DNA from: Coraliomargaritaceae bacterium
GTDB lineage: Bacteria; Verrucomicrobiota; Verrucomicrobiia; Opitutales; Coraliomargaritaceae
Length of the DNA: 64,000 nucleotides
Direction of reading: 5' to 3'
NCBI GenBank assembly: GCA_965660635.1
Contig: CBFIAS010000002.1
Coordinates: 5,426 to 69,425 of the forward strand
The position numbers and the translations under genes were made by a program. Positions 1 through 11,919 of the stretch are shown here, piece after piece. Every line of letters begins with the position of its first letter. Position 1 is the first letter of the stretch. Below the pieces are notes generated by a model that worked only from the letters and a program-made list of their open reading frames with translations, did no database searches and was not told the origin of the DNA.

Positions 1-2
1 CC

Positions 3-1436
3 GGCTACGATGGTGGCACCGGGGCATCCCCCCGCTCCTCCATCCAGCACGCCGGCGCTCCATGGGAACTCGGACTGGCTGAGACCAACCAGACCCTCCT
101 GCTCAACGACCTGCGCTCCCGCGTCGTGGTCGAGACCGACGGACAGCTCAAGACCGGCCGCGACGTGGCCATCGCCTGCCTGCTCGGCGCCGAGGAGTAC
201 GGCTTCGCCACCGCGCCGCTGGTCACCCTCGGCTGCCTCATGATGCGCGTCTGCCACAAGAACACCTGCCCTGTCGGCGTGGCCACGCAAAACCCGGAAC
301 TGCGCAAGAAATTCCATGGAGGCCCGGACGCCGTCGTCCACTTCATGAACTACGTGGCTGAGGAAATGCGCGAACTCATGGCCCAACTTGGTTTCCGCAC
401 GGTCAACGAGATGGTCGGCCAAGTCGACCGCCTGGAGATGCGCCACGCCATCGAGCACTGGAAAGCCCGCGGCCTCGACTACAGCAAGATCCTCTACAAG
501 CCCGAAGTCGGCCCGGAAGTTGGCAGCTACTGCCAGATGAAGCAGGACCACCTCTTGCAAAACTCCCTCGACGAGCGCGAAATCCTCGAGCAGGCCAGGC
601 CGGCCATCGAGAAAGGTACACCGGTCGAAATCCGCTTGCCCATCGTCAACACCGACCGCGTTGTCGGCACGCTCACCGGAGCCGAAATCTCCCGCCAACA
701 CGGTGCCGCAGGCCTGCCTGAAGACACTGTGCAGATCCACCTCAACGGGTCTGCCGGACAGTCCCTCGGTGCCTTCTGTCCCAAGGGCATGACTTTCAAT
801 GTCGAAGGCGACACCAACGACTACCTCGGCAAGGGCCTCTCCGGCGGCAAGATCATCGTGCGCCCGCATGCGGACTCCCCCTTCGTCGCCCATGAGAACA
901 TCATCACTGGAAACGTCTGTTTCTACGGGGCCACCAGTGGCCAGGCCTACATCGCAGGCATGGCCGGCGAGCGCTTCTGCGTGCGTAACTCCGGAGTCGA
1001 AGCCGTCATCGAGGGCCTCGGCGACCACGCCCTCGAGTACATGACCGGCGGCATGGTGATCAACCTCGGCACAACCGGCCGCAATCTCGGGGCCGGCATG
1101 TCCGGGGGCGTCGCCTACATCTACGACGAGGCGGGCGACTTCGTGCAAAACCGGCTCAACCCGGACATGGTCAATGTCTACCAACTCATCGAGTGCGGCG
1201 ACGAGGAACTGGAACTCGTCCGTGCGAAGATCGAAAAGCACGTCCTTCTCAGCGGCTCCGCCCGCGGGCAGGCCATCCTCGCGGACTGGCCCGCCACCGC
1301 CGGAAAATTCCTCAAGATCATGCCGCAGGACTACGAGCGCGTCCTCCAGGCCCAGACCCGCGCGATGGAGCGCGGCCTTGAAGGCGACGAGGCCATCCTT
1401 GCCGCGTTCGAGGAGAACGTCAAAGCCGGCCACTAG
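3..1436 (+). CDS. gltB: glutamate synthase large subunit, C-terminal portion (5' end outside window)
   Basis: Frame is open from the window edge ([36 protein letters not shown]-domain signature). It continues into the GXGXG C-terminal domain ([29 protein letters not shown]). gltD follows 42 nt downstream. Confidence 0.93.
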   Translation, partial: GYDGGTGASPRSSIQHAGAPWELGLAETNQTLLLNDLRSRVVVETDGQLKTGRDVAIACLLGAEEYGFATAPLVTLGCLMMRVCHKNTCPVGVATQNPELRKKFHGGPDAVVHFMNYVAEEMRELMAQLGFRTVNEMVGQVDRLEMRHAIEHWKARGLDYSKILYKPEVGPEVGSYCQMKQDHLLQNSLDEREILEQARPAIEKGTPVEIRLPIVNTDRVVGTLTGAEISRQHGAAGLPEDTVQIHLNGSAGQSLGAFCPKGMTFNVEGDTNDYLGKGLSGGKIIVRPHADSPFVAHENIITGNVCFYGATSGQAYIAGMAGERFCVRNSGVEAVIEGLGDHALEYMTGGMVINLGTTGRNLGAGMSGGVAYIYDEAGDFVQNRLNPDMVNVYQLIECGDEELELVRAKIEKHVLLSGSARGQAILADWPATAGKFLKIMPQDYERVLQAQTRAMERGLEGDEAILAAFEENVKAGH

Positions 1437-1478
1437 TTCACTAATTTCAATTCTTTCACGACCAACCCCTTTCACATC

Positions 1479-2966
1479 ATGGGCAAACCAACAGGATTCA
1501 TCGAGTTTGAGCGCAAGACCATTCCCAACCGCGCTCCACTGGAACGCATCAAGGACTGGGACGAGATCCACGAGCACTTCGAGGAGAAGTCCCTGCGCAC
1601 CCAGGCCTCCCGCTGCATGGATTGCGGCACACCGTACTGCCACACCGGCATGACCCTGTCCAACATGGCCAGCGGCTGCCCCATAAACAACCTCATCCCC
1701 GAGTTCAACGACCTGGTCTACCAGAACAAGTGGGAGGACGCCTACCACCGCCTGGCCAAGACCAACAACTTCCCGGAGTTCACCGGCCGCGTCTGCCCCG
1801 CACCCTGCGAGGGCTCCTGCGTGCTCGGCGTGATCGAGCCGCCCGTGGCGATCAAGAACATCGAGTGCTCCATTATCGACAAGGCCTGGGAATCCGGCTG
1901 GGTCACCCCACAGCCCCCGGAAGAACGCACCGGCAAGCGCGTCGCCGTGGTCGGCTCCGGCCCCGCTGGCCTGGCTGCCGCCGACCAACTGAACAAGGCC
2001 GGGCATCTCGTCACCGTATTTGAACGGGCCGACCGCCCCGGAGGGCTCCTCATGTACGGCATCCCCAACATGAAGCTGGAGAAAGACGTGGTGACGCGCC
2101 GCACCGGCCTGATGGAGCAGGAGGGCGTTGTCTTCAAGTGCGGCGTCGAGATCGGCAAGGACATCCCCGCAAAAGAACTTCTCAATGACTACGATTCCGT
2201 TGTCCTGGCCTGCGGAGCAACCAAGCCGCGCGACCTGCCCATCGAGGGCCGCGACCTCCAAAACGTCCACTTCGCCATGGATTTCCTCGGGCCCAACACC
2301 AAGGAGCTTTGGGACTTGAAGGAAGGAAAAGCAGAACAATTCTCTGAATTGGCCAAAGGCAAGCACGTCGTCATCATCGGCGGGGGAGACACCGGCACCG
2401 ACTGCGTGGGCACCTCCCTGCGCCACGGCTGCAAAAGCGTCACCCAGTTGGAAATCATGCCGAAGCCCCCGCTGGAGCGCGCCGACAACAACCCATGGCC
2501 GGAATGGCCAAAGACCTACAAGGTCGATTACGGCCAGGAAGAGGCGGCGGCCGTGCAGGGCGAGGATCCCCGCCAGTACCTCGTAAGCGCCAACAAGTTT
2601 GAAGGCGACGCCGACGGCAAGCTCAAGGCCGTGCACGTCCACAACATCGAGTGGGTCAACCAGGACGGCCGCTTCATGCCGAAGAAGGTCGATGGCAGCG
2701 AGCGGGTTCTCGAAGCCGATCTTGTCCTGCTCGCCATGGGCTTCCTCGGGCCGGAAGCAGACATCGTCGAGCAACTTGGACTCGATCAAGACGCCCGCTC
2801 CAACATCAAGGCCGAGTACGGACGCTTCAACACCAACATCGACAAGGTCTTTGCTGCCGGAGACGTTCGTCGCGGACAGTCACTCGTGGTCTGGGCCATC
2901 AATGAGGGCCGCGCTGTTGCCCGTGAGTGCGACCGCTTCCTCATGGGCACGACAAAGTTGCCGTAA
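1479..2966 (+). CDS. gltD: glutamate synthase small subunit (NADPH)
   Basis: 495 aa. Cys-rich Fe-S N-terminus ([18 protein letters not shown]) and two Rossmann motifs ([23 protein letters not shown]). Confidence 0.95.
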   Translation: MGKPTGFIEFERKTIPNRAPLERIKDWDEIHEHFEEKSLRTQASRCMDCGTPYCHTGMTLSNMASGCPINNLIPEFNDLVYQNKWEDAYHRLAKTNNFPEFTGRVCPAPCEGSCVLGVIEPPVAIKNIECSIIDKAWESGWVTPQPPEERTGKRVAVVGSGPAGLAAADQLNKAGHLVTVFERADRPGGLLMYGIPNMKLEKDVVTRRTGLMEQEGVVFKCGVEIGKDIPAKELLNDYDSVVLACGATKPRDLPIEGRDLQNVHFAMDFLGPNTKELWDLKEGKAEQFSELAKGKHVVIIGGGDTGTDCVGTSLRHGCKSVTQLEIMPKPPLERADNNPWPEWPKTYKVDYGQEEAAAVQGEDPRQYLVSANKFEGDADGKLKAVHVHNIEWVNQDGRFMPKKVDGSERVLEADLVLLAMGFLGPEADIVEQLGLDQDARSNIKAEYGRFNTNIDKVFAAGDVRRGQSLVVWAINEGRAVARECDRFLMGTTKLP

Positions 2967-3007
2967 AGCGATCAGTCTCTCAAGTTGAGGAACGAAAGTT
3001 TTGACAG

Positions 3008-3045
3008 GGATGCACGCGGATCAACGCGTTGCATCCTTTTTTATT
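3008..3045 (+). terminator. intrinsic terminator after gltD
   Basis: GGATGCACGCG-gatcaa-CGCGTTGCATCC hairpin followed by TTTTTTATTT. Confidence 0.7.
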
Positions 3046-3165
3046 TCGATGAGGCTAGGCTCCTTGTTTGTCGGCACGCGGCTCGGAGCCACGCTGAACA
3101 AGAAAATACCTGAAATCCAAAATAATACCTCTTCGAATTAGTTGAAGCCCGCTTGGAGCGGGTCA

Positions 3166-4425
3166 TTATCCGGCATACTTGCCAAACAGTACCGATGCAT
3201 TGTGCCCGCCGAACCCGGAGTTGTTACAGAGAGCAGTCTGGATATCAGCCTCACGCATGGTGTTGGGCACGTAGTCCAGATCGCAGTCGGGATCCGGCTC
3301 CTCGTAATTAATCGTGGGCGGCACTTTGCCCTCCTTCAGGGCCATCGCGCAGACTGCCGACTCAACGCCTCCGGCTGCCCCCAGCAAGTGCCCGGTCATC
3401 GACTTGGTGGAGCTGACTAGCACCTTGCCCGCCTGCTCGCCGAGCGCCTTCTTGATCGCCAGCGTCTCGAACTTGTCGTTGTAGGGAGTTGAAGTGCCGT
3501 GGGCATTAATATAGTCAATGCCAGAGGCCTCCAGTCCAGCGTCGCGGATCGTCTTCCCAATGGCCGCGCTAAGGGCCTTGCCCTCGGGATCAGGGGAAGT
3601 GATGTGGTAGGCGTCGCAGGTCGCGGCGTAGCTCTTGACCTCGCAGTAAATCTCCGCGCCACGCGCCTGGGCGTGTTCCAGCGTCTCGAGGATGAGAACG
3701 CCCGCGCCCTCACCCATGACAAAGCCGTCGCGCCCCTTGTCAAAGGGCCGGCTGGCCCGGGCCGGGTCGTCATTATAGCTTGTGCTCATCGCCTTCATCG
3801 AGCAGAAGCCGGCATAGCCCAGTTCGGTCACCGCCGCCTCGCTGCCCCCGGCTACCATCACATCGGCATCGCCGTCGCGCAGGATGCGGAAGCTCTCACC
3901 GATGGCGTGCGTGGCGGTCGAGCAGGCGCTGACCAGGCCGTAGTTCGGGCCGCGGGCGCCGATCTCGATGGCGATCACCCCGCTGGCAATGTTGGCAATC
4001 AAGGAAGGAATCATGAACGGAGACACCTTGCGCGGCCCCATCTCATACAAGCGGCGGCTCTGCGTCTGGATCGTGATCATGCCACCGATTCCGGAGCCGA
4101 CGAGCACACCGATGCGATCCGGGTCCATCGCCGAGGTGTCCATCCCGGCATCGCCCAGGGCCAGGCGCGTGGCCGCAACAGAGAAATGCGTGTAGCGGTC
4201 GTTGCGGCGGGCCTCCTTGGGATCCATGTAGTCCCCCGCGTTGAAGTCGCGCACTTCGGCGCCCACTTTCGATGGGTAGTCCGTCGTGTCAAACGAGGTC
4301 ACCTTGTCGATGCCGCTCCGGCCCGCCAGAATGTTCTCCCAGAAAGGCTCGATGCCAATGCCGAGTGATGAGATCGTGCCGATTCCGGTGACGACCACTC
4401 GCTTTCTTGTCGCTGACTCTTCCAT
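3166..4425 (-). CDS. fabF: 3-oxoacyl-ACP synthase II
   Basis: KAS active-site contexts VSACSTATHAIG, NAHGTSTP, TGHLLGAAGG. Start placed at MEESATRKRVVVTGIG; the ORF track start at 4443 is 6 codons further upstream. Confidence 0.93.
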   Translation of the reverse strand: MEESATRKRVVVTGIGTISSLGIGIEPFWENILAGRSGIDKVTSFDTTDYPSKVGAEVRDFNAGDYMDPKEARRNDRYTHFSVAATRLALGDAGMDTSAMDPDRIGVLVGSGIGGMITIQTQSRRLYEMGPRKVSPFMIPSLIANIASGVIAIEIGARGPNYGLVSACSTATHAIGESFRILRDGDADVMVAGGSEAAVTELGYAGFCSMKAMSTSYNDDPARASRPFDKGRDGFVMGEGAGVLILETLEHAQARGAEIYCEVKSYAATCDAYHITSPDPEGKALSAAIGKTIRDAGLEASGIDYINAHGTSTPYNDKFETLAIKKALGEQAGKVLVSSTKSMTGHLLGAAGGVESAVCAMALKEGKVPPTINYEEPDPDCDLDYVPNTMREADIQTALCNNSGFGGHNASVLFGKYAG

Positions 4426-4491
4426 TGTGATCCGTAAAAACAAAGCCGCGTGAACGCGGCTTTAGGTGATGAAATGCACAGGAGAGCCGGA

Positions 4492-4746
4492 TTAGCCGGC
4501 TTTTTCCGTGATAAATTTAACGACGTCGCCGACGGTCTGAAGCTTTTCCGCCTCAGATTCCGGGATCTCACCGTCGATTTCCTCCTTGAACTCCTCCTCG
4601 AAAGCCATGATCAGCTCGACTTGGTCGAGGGAATCAGCGCCGAGGTCGTCGAGAAAGGATGCTTCGGGCACGACCTGCTCAGCGTTCACGTTGAGCTGGT
4701 CGACAATGATTGCGGTAACACGTTGTTCAATAGTTTGATCGGACAT
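4492..4746 (-). CDS. acpP: acyl carrier protein
   Basis: 84 aa with [19 protein letters not shown] phosphopantetheine-attachment motif. Sits between fabG and fabF. Confidence 0.95.
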   Translation of the reverse strand: MSDQTIEQRVTAIIVDQLNVNAEQVVPEASFLDDLGADSLDQVELIMAFEEEFKEEIDGEIPESEAEKLQTVGDVVKFITEKAG

Positions 4747-4782
4747 AATGTAGTATCTGTTTTATTGGCTGTTAAAGCAGCA

Positions 4783-5529
4783 TCACATGACCATTCCACC
4801 GTCAACCGTAAAAACCTGTCCGGTGATGTAGGATGCGTCGTCGGATGCGAGAAAATCTGTGATCCCGGCAATGTCTTCGGCTCGGCCCATGCGCTTCATC
4901 GGGATGACGCCGACGATGGCCTCCTGCTGCTTCTCGTTCAGCTCAGCCGTCATGTCCGTCTCGATGAAGCCCGGCGCCACCGCGTTGACCGTCACGTTGC
5001 GGGCGGCAAATTCCTTGGCCAGGCTCTTCGTCAGCCCGTGGATGCCCGCCTTGGCGGCGGCGTAATTAGCCTGCCCGGCGTTGCCCATCAGCCCGATCAC
5101 CGAGGAAATGTTGATGATGCGGCCCCAGCGCTTGCGCGTCATCGGGCGACCCAGGTGCTTTGACCAGGAGAAGCAACTGCCGAGGTTCGTCGAAAGGACT
5201 GCGTCCCAGTCCGCATCGTCCATGCGGAAGAGCAGGCCGTCCCGCGTGATGCCCGCGCAGTTCACCAGGACATCCACCGTGCCATGCGCTTCAAGGAACT
5301 GCTCGGAGGCAGCCTGCACAGCCGCCTTGTCGGCCACGTCCACCGCGAGCGACTCCGCCGAACCGCCCGATCCGTTGATCGCCTCGGCTACCGCCCCACA
5401 GGAAGCAGCCGAGCGGCTGACACAAATCACATGATGCCCGCTGGCCGCAAGGCGCAGGGCGATGGCCTTGCCGATTCCGCGGCCCGCCCCTGTTACAAGA
5501 GCTACTTTTCTTTCGTCAGCTTCCGTCAT
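4783..5529 (-). CDS. fabG: 3-oxoacyl-ACP reductase
   Basis: SDR motifs TGAGRGIGKAIA and NYAAAKAG. Start placed at MTEADERKVALVTG; the ORF track extends to 5598. Confidence 0.92.
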   Translation of the reverse strand: MTEADERKVALVTGAGRGIGKAIALRLAASGHHVICVSRSAASCGAVAEAINGSGGSAESLAVDVADKAAVQAASEQFLEAHGTVDVLVNCAGITRDGLLFRMDDADWDAVLSTNLGSCFSWSKHLGRPMTRKRWGRIINISSVIGLMGNAGQANYAAAKAGIHGLTKSLAKEFAARNVTVNAVAPGFIETDMTAELNEKQQEAIVGVIPMKRMGRAEDIAGITDFLASDDASYITGQVFTVDGGMVM

Positions 5530-5659
5530 ATTATTTGAATAAATGATCCGGTATGAACCGTCCAGCCGATAGATCGCCATTAATTTCTTGCGGGGCAAGC
5601 ATGAATGTTACTTTCGAGCAACATTGACAGCCCCCCTCCCCCTCGGCTCAAGTGCAGCC

Positions 5660-6394
5660 ATGGAAAAAAATCCCGAGCCGCAGCGCATCCAAAAGCTCAT
5701 TGCCCAGGCCGGCCTCTGTTCACGCCGCGAGGCCGAACGGCTGATCGAGAACGGCTCCGTGCGGGTCAACGGCAAGACCGCCGCCCTCGGCGACAAGGCC
5801 CTCCCCTCCGATGCCATCTTCGTCAAGAACAAGCCACTCCACATCCCCGAGGCGCGCCCGGTAACCGTGGCCCTGAACAAGCCCAAGGGCTATCTCTGCA
5901 CCAACGCCGACCCCCACGCCGAACGCACCGTCTTCGACCTCCTCCCGCCCGACCTCCAGCGCAAACGCATGTTCTGCGCCGGACGGCTCGACAAGGACAG
6001 CGAGGGCCTCCTCATCATCACCAACGACGGGGAACTCGCCCACCAGTTGACTCATCCAGCCGGGCATATCGTCAAGCGCTACCGTGTGCTCCTCCACCGG
6101 GACTTTGACAAAGCCGACATCCCCGCCCTGCTCCACGGCATCGAGTGCGAAGGCGAGCTGCTAAAGGCCGAAAAAGTCATCCCTGCACCCGCCGTAGGCG
6201 AAGACCACTCACGGCGCATGGAGGTCCACCTCCACCACGGCAAAAAACGGGAAGTCCGCCGCCTCTTCGAAGCAAAGCGCTATTACGTCAAGAAACTCGT
6301 GCGCGTCCAGATCGGCGGCATCACCCTCCGGGGCATCCCCAAGGGCGGCATCAAGCCGCTCGGAAAAAAAGACATCGAGCGGCTGCTCCGGTAA
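5660..6394 (+). CDS. rluB: pseudouridine synthase, RsuA/RluB family
   Basis: S4 domain (RIQKLIAQAGLCSRREAERLI) plus catalytic block GRLDKDSEGLLIITNDG. Start at MEKNPEPQ. Confidence 0.85.
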   Translation: MEKNPEPQRIQKLIAQAGLCSRREAERLIENGSVRVNGKTAALGDKALPSDAIFVKNKPLHIPEARPVTVALNKPKGYLCTNADPHAERTVFDLLPPDLQRKRMFCAGRLDKDSEGLLIITNDGELAHQLTHPAGHIVKRYRVLLHRDFDKADIPALLHGIECEGELLKAEKVIPAPAVGEDHSRRMEVHLHHGKKREVRRLFEAKRYYVKKLVRVQIGGITLRGIPKGGIKPLGKKDIERLLR

Positions 6395-6415
6395 TAACAG
6401 GGCGACAAAGCAGGA

Positions 6416-7063
6416 TCAACCCCGCTTCATCCAGCCCAGTTGGACACCCGATGATCTTTTCTTCCTCGGCTTGGCCGGCAGCATTCCACCGATAAAAGCC
6501 AGCAACTCTCCGCGCCCGCGCCCTGTCTTTGCAGAACAGGCAAAGCGTTCCACCGGTTCAATCCCGGCCTCCCCCAAGGCCTGCAGGAAAGCCTCCGCAT
6601 TACCCTCCAACCGGCGACCGGAAAGCTTGTCCAACTTAGTAAAGACAACCGAAAACGGCAGCCCGCACTCCTGCAGCCAGTGAGCGAATCCAAGATCCCC
6701 GTCCTGCGGCGGCAATTGCGAATCCACCAGTAAAAACACCTGCAATAGCCCCTCACGCCCGCTCAGGTACGCGCTTACACACTCGTTGAAAACCCCCTGC
6801 TCCGCCTTGGAGACACGTGCGTACCCGTAGCCCGGCAGGTCAACCAGATGCCAGTCCCCGTTGATCAAATAAAAATGCATGCGCCGCGTCTTGCCCGGCT
6901 TGCCCGAGGTCTGCGCCATCCCCGAACGCCCCGTTAATAGGTTGATCAGGGAGGACTTGCCCACATTCGATCGCCCGACAAAGGCAAACTCCGGACGCGC
7001 GCCCGCAGGACATTCCTCCAGAGCCATCGCACTGCCAATCGGGCGTACCATCTCAATCTTCAT
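6416..7063 (-). CDS. engB: ribosome biogenesis GTP-binding protein YsxC/EngB
   Basis: G1 GRSNVGKSSLINLL, G3 DLPGYG, G4 TKLDK. Start at MKIEMVRP. The longer ORF-track call would run through tRNA-Gln. Confidence 0.88.
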   Translation of the reverse strand: MKIEMVRPIGSAMALEECPAGARPEFAFVGRSNVGKSSLINLLTGRSGMAQTSGKPGKTRRMHFYLINGDWHLVDLPGYGYARVSKAEQGVFNECVSAYLSGREGLLQVFLLVDSQLPPQDGDLGFAHWLQECGLPFSVVFTKLDKLSGRRLEGNAEAFLQALGEAGIEPVERFACSAKTGRGRGELLAFIGGMLPAKPRKKRSSGVQLGWMKRG

Positions 7064-7142
7064 TCGCACAAGATGCCCACACCACCCGGGAGTGACAAGC
7101 CCGCAACAGAGCCGGAACCACCGCTCACCGGAAAAAAAGAAA

Positions 7143-7217
<75 letters not shown>

Positions 7218-7373
7218 CACAAGTCACTCAAAGTAGAAAGCTTTGAATCCGCGTCAAGCACAGGATAATAGCAATCCGCCAGACTTTGACCGACCGCCCG
7301 GAAAGCATGGATTGACGCGTCGCGAAAAACCGCGTTAAAAAACAACCCCAACACGAGGCAGACACCAAACAAC

Positions 7374-8111
7374 ATGCATCCAGAACCCAAGTACAAGCGC
7401 GTCATTCTCAAGCTCAGCGGAGAAGTCCTCCGCAACACCGAAGATGGCGAACCGCTCGACGCGGACATCCTCACCAGCATCTGCAAGGAGGTGAAGAAAA
7501 TCTACGACATCGGCGTTGAAGTCGGCCTCGTCATCGGCGGAGGCAACATTTTCCGCGGCCTCAGCGGCGCCGAGATGCGCGGCGTCGACCGCACTACGGG
7601 CGATTACATGGGCATGCTGGCCACAGTCATCAACGGACTCGCCCTCATGGATCGCCTCGAAAAACTCGGCGTCACCGTCCGCCTCCAGAGCGCCATCCCC
7701 ATGGACAAACTGGCCGAGCCCTTCATCCTCCGCCGCGCCACACGCCACCTCGAGCGCGGCCGCGTCGTCATCTTTGCAGGCGGCACCGGCAACCCCTACT
7801 TCTCCACCGATACCTGCGCCGCCCTGCGCGCCAGCGAGATCGGCGCCGACATGCTGATGAAAGCCACCAAAGTGGACGGCATCTACGACAAGGACCCAGC
7901 CAAGCACGACGACGCCAGGAAATTCGACAAGCTCAACTACATCGACGCCCTGCGAGACCGACTCAACGTCATGGACTCCACCGCCTTCTCCCTCTGCATG
8001 GAAAACAAAATGCCCATCCTCGTCTTCAGCATGCGCGAGCCCGGCTCCATCCTCCGGGCAGTCATGGGCGAAAGCATCGGCACCCTTGTCAACGACGAAC
8101 CGAACACTTAG
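7374..8111 (+). CDS. pyrH: UMP kinase
   Basis: [18 protein letters not shown] and the typical PyrH length (245 aa). Followed by frr. Confidence 0.95.
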   Translation: MHPEPKYKRVILKLSGEVLRNTEDGEPLDADILTSICKEVKKIYDIGVEVGLVIGGGNIFRGLSGAEMRGVDRTTGDYMGMLATVINGLALMDRLEKLGVTVRLQSAIPMDKLAEPFILRRATRHLERGRVVIFAGGTGNPYFSTDTCAALRASEIGADMLMKATKVDGIYDKDPAKHDDARKFDKLNYIDALRDRLNVMDSTAFSLCMENKMPILVFSMREPGSILRAVMGESIGTLVNDEPNT

Positions 8112-8123
8112 CACCCGTACATT

Positions 8124-8681
8124 ATGGAAACTGAAGAAATCAAAACCTCCGTCTCGGCCGACATGAAAAAAGCCGTTGAGCACACCCTCGCCCAGTTCGG
8201 CAGCCTCCACACCGGCAAGGCCAGCCCCGGCATGCTCGACAGCGTCAAAGTCGAAGCCTACGGCAGCACCGTCTCACTCAAGGAAGTCGCCGCAGTGACT
8301 ACCCCCGACGCACGCACCATTGTTGTCCAGCCTTGGGACAAGAGCGTCATCCGAGAAGTCGAGAAAGGCATCATCGACGCCAACCTCGGTTTCAATCCAC
8401 TAGTTGACGGCGGCATCCTCCGCGTTCCCGTCCCCGAACTCACCGGCGAACGCCGGGACGAACTGGCCAAGCAGGCAGGCGGCATGGCCGAAGACGGCCG
8501 CGTACGCGTACGCCAGGCCCGGAGGGACGGGCTCGACCTTCTCAAGAAGGCCCAGGACGACGGGCTCTCCGAGGACGACGCCAAACGTTGCGAAAAGGAG
8601 ATCCAGTCCGAGCACGACACCCACATCGCGGAGATCAACAACCAGCTCTCCAAAAAGGAAGCCGACCTGAAGAAGGTCTGA
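8124..8681 (+). CDS. frr: ribosome recycling factor
   Basis: 185 aa. Conserved RRF pattern (VKVEAYGS..PLKEVA, PELTGERRDELAK). Confidence 0.95.
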   Translation: METEEIKTSVSADMKKAVEHTLAQFGSLHTGKASPGMLDSVKVEAYGSTVSLKEVAAVTTPDARTIVVQPWDKSVIREVEKGIIDANLGFNPLVDGGILRVPVPELTGERRDELAKQAGGMAEDGRVRVRQARRDGLDLLKKAQDDGLSEDDAKRCEKEIQSEHDTHIAEINNQLSKKEADLKKV

Positions 8682-8686
8682 TTGTC

Positions 8687-9748
8687 TTGGCACCACTCGC
8701 AAACGCCCGGCGCGTAGTCGTTAAAATCGGCACCGGCGTCCTCACCTCCGGGATCGGAAATATCGATACGGCCCGCATCGGTACGCTATGCAAGCAAGTC
8801 GCCAGTCTCCGCAGCCGCGGCATCGAGGTTGTCCTCGTCAGTTCCGGCTCCATCGGCCTCGGCATGGGCAGGCTCGGCCTTAAAGAGCGCCCCACCGAAC
8901 TCGCCCAGTTGCAGGCCTGCGCCGCCGTCGGACAAAGCATCCTGATCAACACCTGGCAATCCGGATTCGACCCGCATGAGCTGACTGTCGCGCAAATCCT
9001 CCTCACCCGCGAAGACCTCCGTTCCAGGCACCGGCACAACGCCATATTCGACACCGTCGAGCGCCTCCTCGCCAGCGGCGTCGTCCCCATTGTCAACGAG
9101 AACGACACCGTCAGTGCCTCCGAGATCCAGTTCGGCGACAACGACACCCTCTCCGCACTCGTTGCCAGCGTGATGTGCGCCGACTTGCTCTTTATCCTCT
9201 CCAACATCCCCGGCCTGATCGACAAGCAAGGCAGCGGGCAAGTCGTTCCGCTCGTCGAGAAAATCACCCCCGGGATCGAGGCCATGGCCGAAGGCACCCG
9301 GCAGTCCACCTCCGTCGGCGGCATGATCAGCAAACTCTCCGCCGCCAAGATCGCACAGCGCGCCGGTTGCGGCGTCCTCATCGGCAGTGGCCAGGACGAA
9401 ACGCTTTTCCAAACCCTGCTCGCTGGCCAGCAAACCGGCACCTACTTCCCCCCCAGCAGCCAGCCCGTCCAACCCCATAAACGCTGGATCGCTATTCAAG
9501 ACAAGACCCGTGGCACAATGACTGTCGATGAAGGCACCGCCAATGCCATTGCAGGATCCGGACAAAGCCTGGCCACCAGCGGCATCACCGCCAGCGAAGG
9601 CGACTTTGCCGCAGGAGACCTCGTCCTGATCCTCAACCCAAAAGGCGAGACCATCGCCCAAGGCCAGGTGCAACTCTCCTCCGCTGAACTCGCTGCCGGT
9701 GGCTCCGCCATAGCCGTACACCACGACGACCTCGTCCGCCTCGACTAA
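8687..9748 (+). CDS. proB: glutamate 5-kinase with C-terminal PUA domain
   Basis: VVKIGTGVL, PIVNENDTV, PUA-like C-terminus. Start set at TTG 8687, just after the frr stop; the ORF-track start at 8588 overlaps frr. Confidence 0.9.
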   Translation: MAPLANARRVVVKIGTGVLTSGIGNIDTARIGTLCKQVASLRSRGIEVVLVSSGSIGLGMGRLGLKERPTELAQLQACAAVGQSILINTWQSGFDPHELTVAQILLTREDLRSRHRHNAIFDTVERLLASGVVPIVNENDTVSASEIQFGDNDTLSALVASVMCADLLFILSNIPGLIDKQGSGQVVPLVEKITPGIEAMAEGTRQSTSVGGMISKLSAAKIAQRAGCGVLIGSGQDETLFQTLLAGQQTGTYFPPSSQPVQPHKRWIAIQDKTRGTMTVDEGTANAIAGSGQSLATSGITASEGDFAAGDLVLILNPKGETIAQGQVQLSSAELAAGGSAIAVHHDDLVRLD

Positions 9749-11823
9749 TCTTTCTTCCGGGCCTTCGCCTTGCGCGGCAACCCCTGCGAATTATAAACCC
9801 CGCGGCTCCGGGACTTGCGCCCCGGCTTCGACTTCGCCGCTCCAGTCGCAGTGTCCACCTTGCCCCCTTGCAGCACCTCGATCTGGTCGCGCAGCATCGC
9901 TGCCTTCTCGAACTCCAGCTTCCGCGCCGCTTCCAGCATCTCCTCCTCCATCCCGGCTATGACCTCAGCCACCTCCTGGCCGGAAGCTTCGGAAACCGCC
10001 GCCTCCTCGTCCTCCGACTGCCCGTATTTCTTGCCCGGTGTCTGCAGGCTCTCGTCCAGCCCGCGCTGCACGCTCTTCGGCACAATGCCGTGCGCCTCGT
10101 TGTAGGCCATCTGCTTCTCCCTCCGGTGGCGCGTCGTCTCCAGCGTCTGCCGGATCGACTCCGTCACCGTGTCCGCGTAGAGGATCACCCGCCCCTTTTC
10201 GTGGCGCGCCGCCCGGCCCGCCGTCTGGATCAGGCTCGTCGCGCTGCGCAAGAAACCCTCCTTGTCCGCATCGAGAATGCCGACCAGCGCCACCTCCGGC
10301 AGGTCCAATCCCTCCCGGAGGAGATTCACCCCGACCAGCACATCGAAGTCACCCCTCCGCAGACGCCGCAGAATCTCCACCCGCTCGATCGCGTCGATGT
10401 CCGAATGCAAATACTCCACCTTCAGCCCCCCCTCCCGGAGGAAATCCGACAAGTCCTCCGACATCCGCTTGGTCAGCGTCGTCAACAAAGTCCTCTCACC
10501 CGCCTCCACCGCCTTCCGCACCTCGCCCATCACGTCCTCCACCTGCCCCCGGATCGGCCGCAGTTCCATCTCCGGATCAAGCAGGCCGGTCGGCCGGATC
10601 AACTGCTCCGCTACAGTCTGCGAAACACCCATCTCGTAGGGCGTCGGCGTCGCCGAGACGTAGATCGTCTGACCCGTGATCGATTCAAACTCCTCGAACT
10701 TCTGCGGGCGGTTGTCCAGAGCCGAGGGCAAGCGGAACCCGTGCTCCACCAGCCGTTCCTTCCGCGCGCGGTCGCCGTTGTACATCGCACGCACCTGCGG
10801 CAACGTCACATGACTCTCATCGACGAAGAGCAGGAAATCCTCCGGAAAAAAATCAATCAGGCAAAAAGGCCGGTCACCCGGCTTGCGGCCCGAGAGATAA
10901 CGAGAGTAGTTCTCGATCCCCGTGCAAAAGCCCATCTCCTGCAACAACTCGATATCGTACTCCGTGCGCATCCGGATCCGTTGTGCCTCCAGCAAGCAGT
11001 TATTGGCCTCGAACCAGCCCACCCGCTGCTCCAACTCCCCGCGGATGCCCGCCACCGCCTGCTCAATCTTGCCCCGCGATGTCGCGTACTGGGTCGCCGG
11101 ATACAAATGAAAACTCCCGATCGACTGGCCCGTCTCCCCGGTCAGCGGATCCAGGGCGCGGATCGACTCCAGTTCGTCACCCCAGAACTCAACCCGGATG
11201 GCCGTCTCCATGTAGGCCGGAAAGACGTCCACAACATCACCACGCACACGGAACGTCCCCCGCTTGAAGTCGATGTCGTTGCGCTCGTAGAGAATTTCAA
11301 CCAGGCGGGCCAGGAATGTGTCCCGCGCGATCTCCAATCCAGGAGCAAGCGGCAGCATCATCTCCTTGAAATCCTCCGGCGAGCCAAGTCCGTAGATGCA
11401 AGAAACCGAAGCCACCACGATCACATCGCGGCGGCTGATCAGCGAAGAAGCAGCAGAAATCCGCAGGCGCTCGATGTCGTCGTTGATCGAAGAGTCCTTC
11501 TCGATGTAGGTGTCGGTCTGCGGTATGTAGGCCTCCGGCTGGTAATAATCGTAATAGCTCACGAAGTACTCCACCGCGTTCTCCGGAAAAAACGCCTTGA
11601 ACTCCGAGTACAACTGGGCGGCCAGCGTCTTGTTGTGGGAGATAACCAGAGCCGGGCGCTGCAACTCGTGCATCACGTTTGCCATCGTGAAGGTCTTGCC
11701 CGAACCCGTCACCCCGAGCAGCGTCTGCCGTCCGTTACCTGCCCGCACAGACTCAACCAGTGACCGGATCGCCCCCGGCTGGTCGCCACGCGGGGCGTAC
11801 TCGCTGTGCAGTTTCAAATCCAC
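9745..11823 (-). CDS. uvrB: excinuclease ABC subunit B
   Basis: Walker [19 protein letters not shown] box, C-terminal UVR domain ([14 protein letters not shown]) plus a basic tail. Start set at GTG 11823 ([19 protein letters not shown]). The ORF-track start at 12108 overlaps folD. Confidence 0.92.
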   Translation of the reverse strand: MDLKLHSEYAPRGDQPGAIRSLVESVRAGNGRQTLLGVTGSGKTFTMANVMHELQRPALVISHNKTLAAQLYSEFKAFFPENAVEYFVSYYDYYQPEAYIPQTDTYIEKDSSINDDIERLRISAASSLISRRDVIVVASVSCIYGLGSPEDFKEMMLPLAPGLEIARDTFLARLVEILYERNDIDFKRGTFRVRGDVVDVFPAYMETAIRVEFWGDELESIRALDPLTGETGQSIGSFHLYPATQYATSRGKIEQAVAGIRGELEQRVGWFEANNCLLEAQRIRMRTEYDIELLQEMGFCTGIENYSRYLSGRKPGDRPFCLIDFFPEDFLLFVDESHVTLPQVRAMYNGDRARKERLVEHGFRLPSALDNRPQKFEEFESITGQTIYVSATPTPYEMGVSQTVAEQLIRPTGLLDPEMELRPIRGQVEDVMGEVRKAVEAGERTLLTTLTKRMSEDLSDFLREGGLKVEYLHSDIDAIERVEILRRLRRGDFDVLVGVNLLREGLDLPEVALVGILDADKEGFLRSATSLIQTAGRAARHEKGRVILYADTVTESIRQTLETTRHRREKQMAYNEAHGIVPKSVQRGLDESLQTPGKKYGQSEDEEAAVSEASGQEVAEVIAGMEEEMLEAARKLEFEKAAMLRDQIEVLQGGKVDTATGAAKSKPGRKSRSRGVYNSQGLPRKAKARKKD

Positions 11824-11919
11824 GACTATAGAAAAACCGGCCCGCGCCGAAGCGCAAGCGCAAGCCCCTATCTGCCATCCTGGGTTGACGGGCGGCACCG
11901 GCCAAGCCTTGCTGTCTAC

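Noticed and set aside
9868-11763. 631-aa ORF on the plus strand
   Set aside because: It is antisense to uvrB, whose frame carries Walker A, the DESH box and the UVR domain. The plus-strand translation is R/P/L/H-rich low complexity, typical of stop-poor antisense frames in high-GC DNA.
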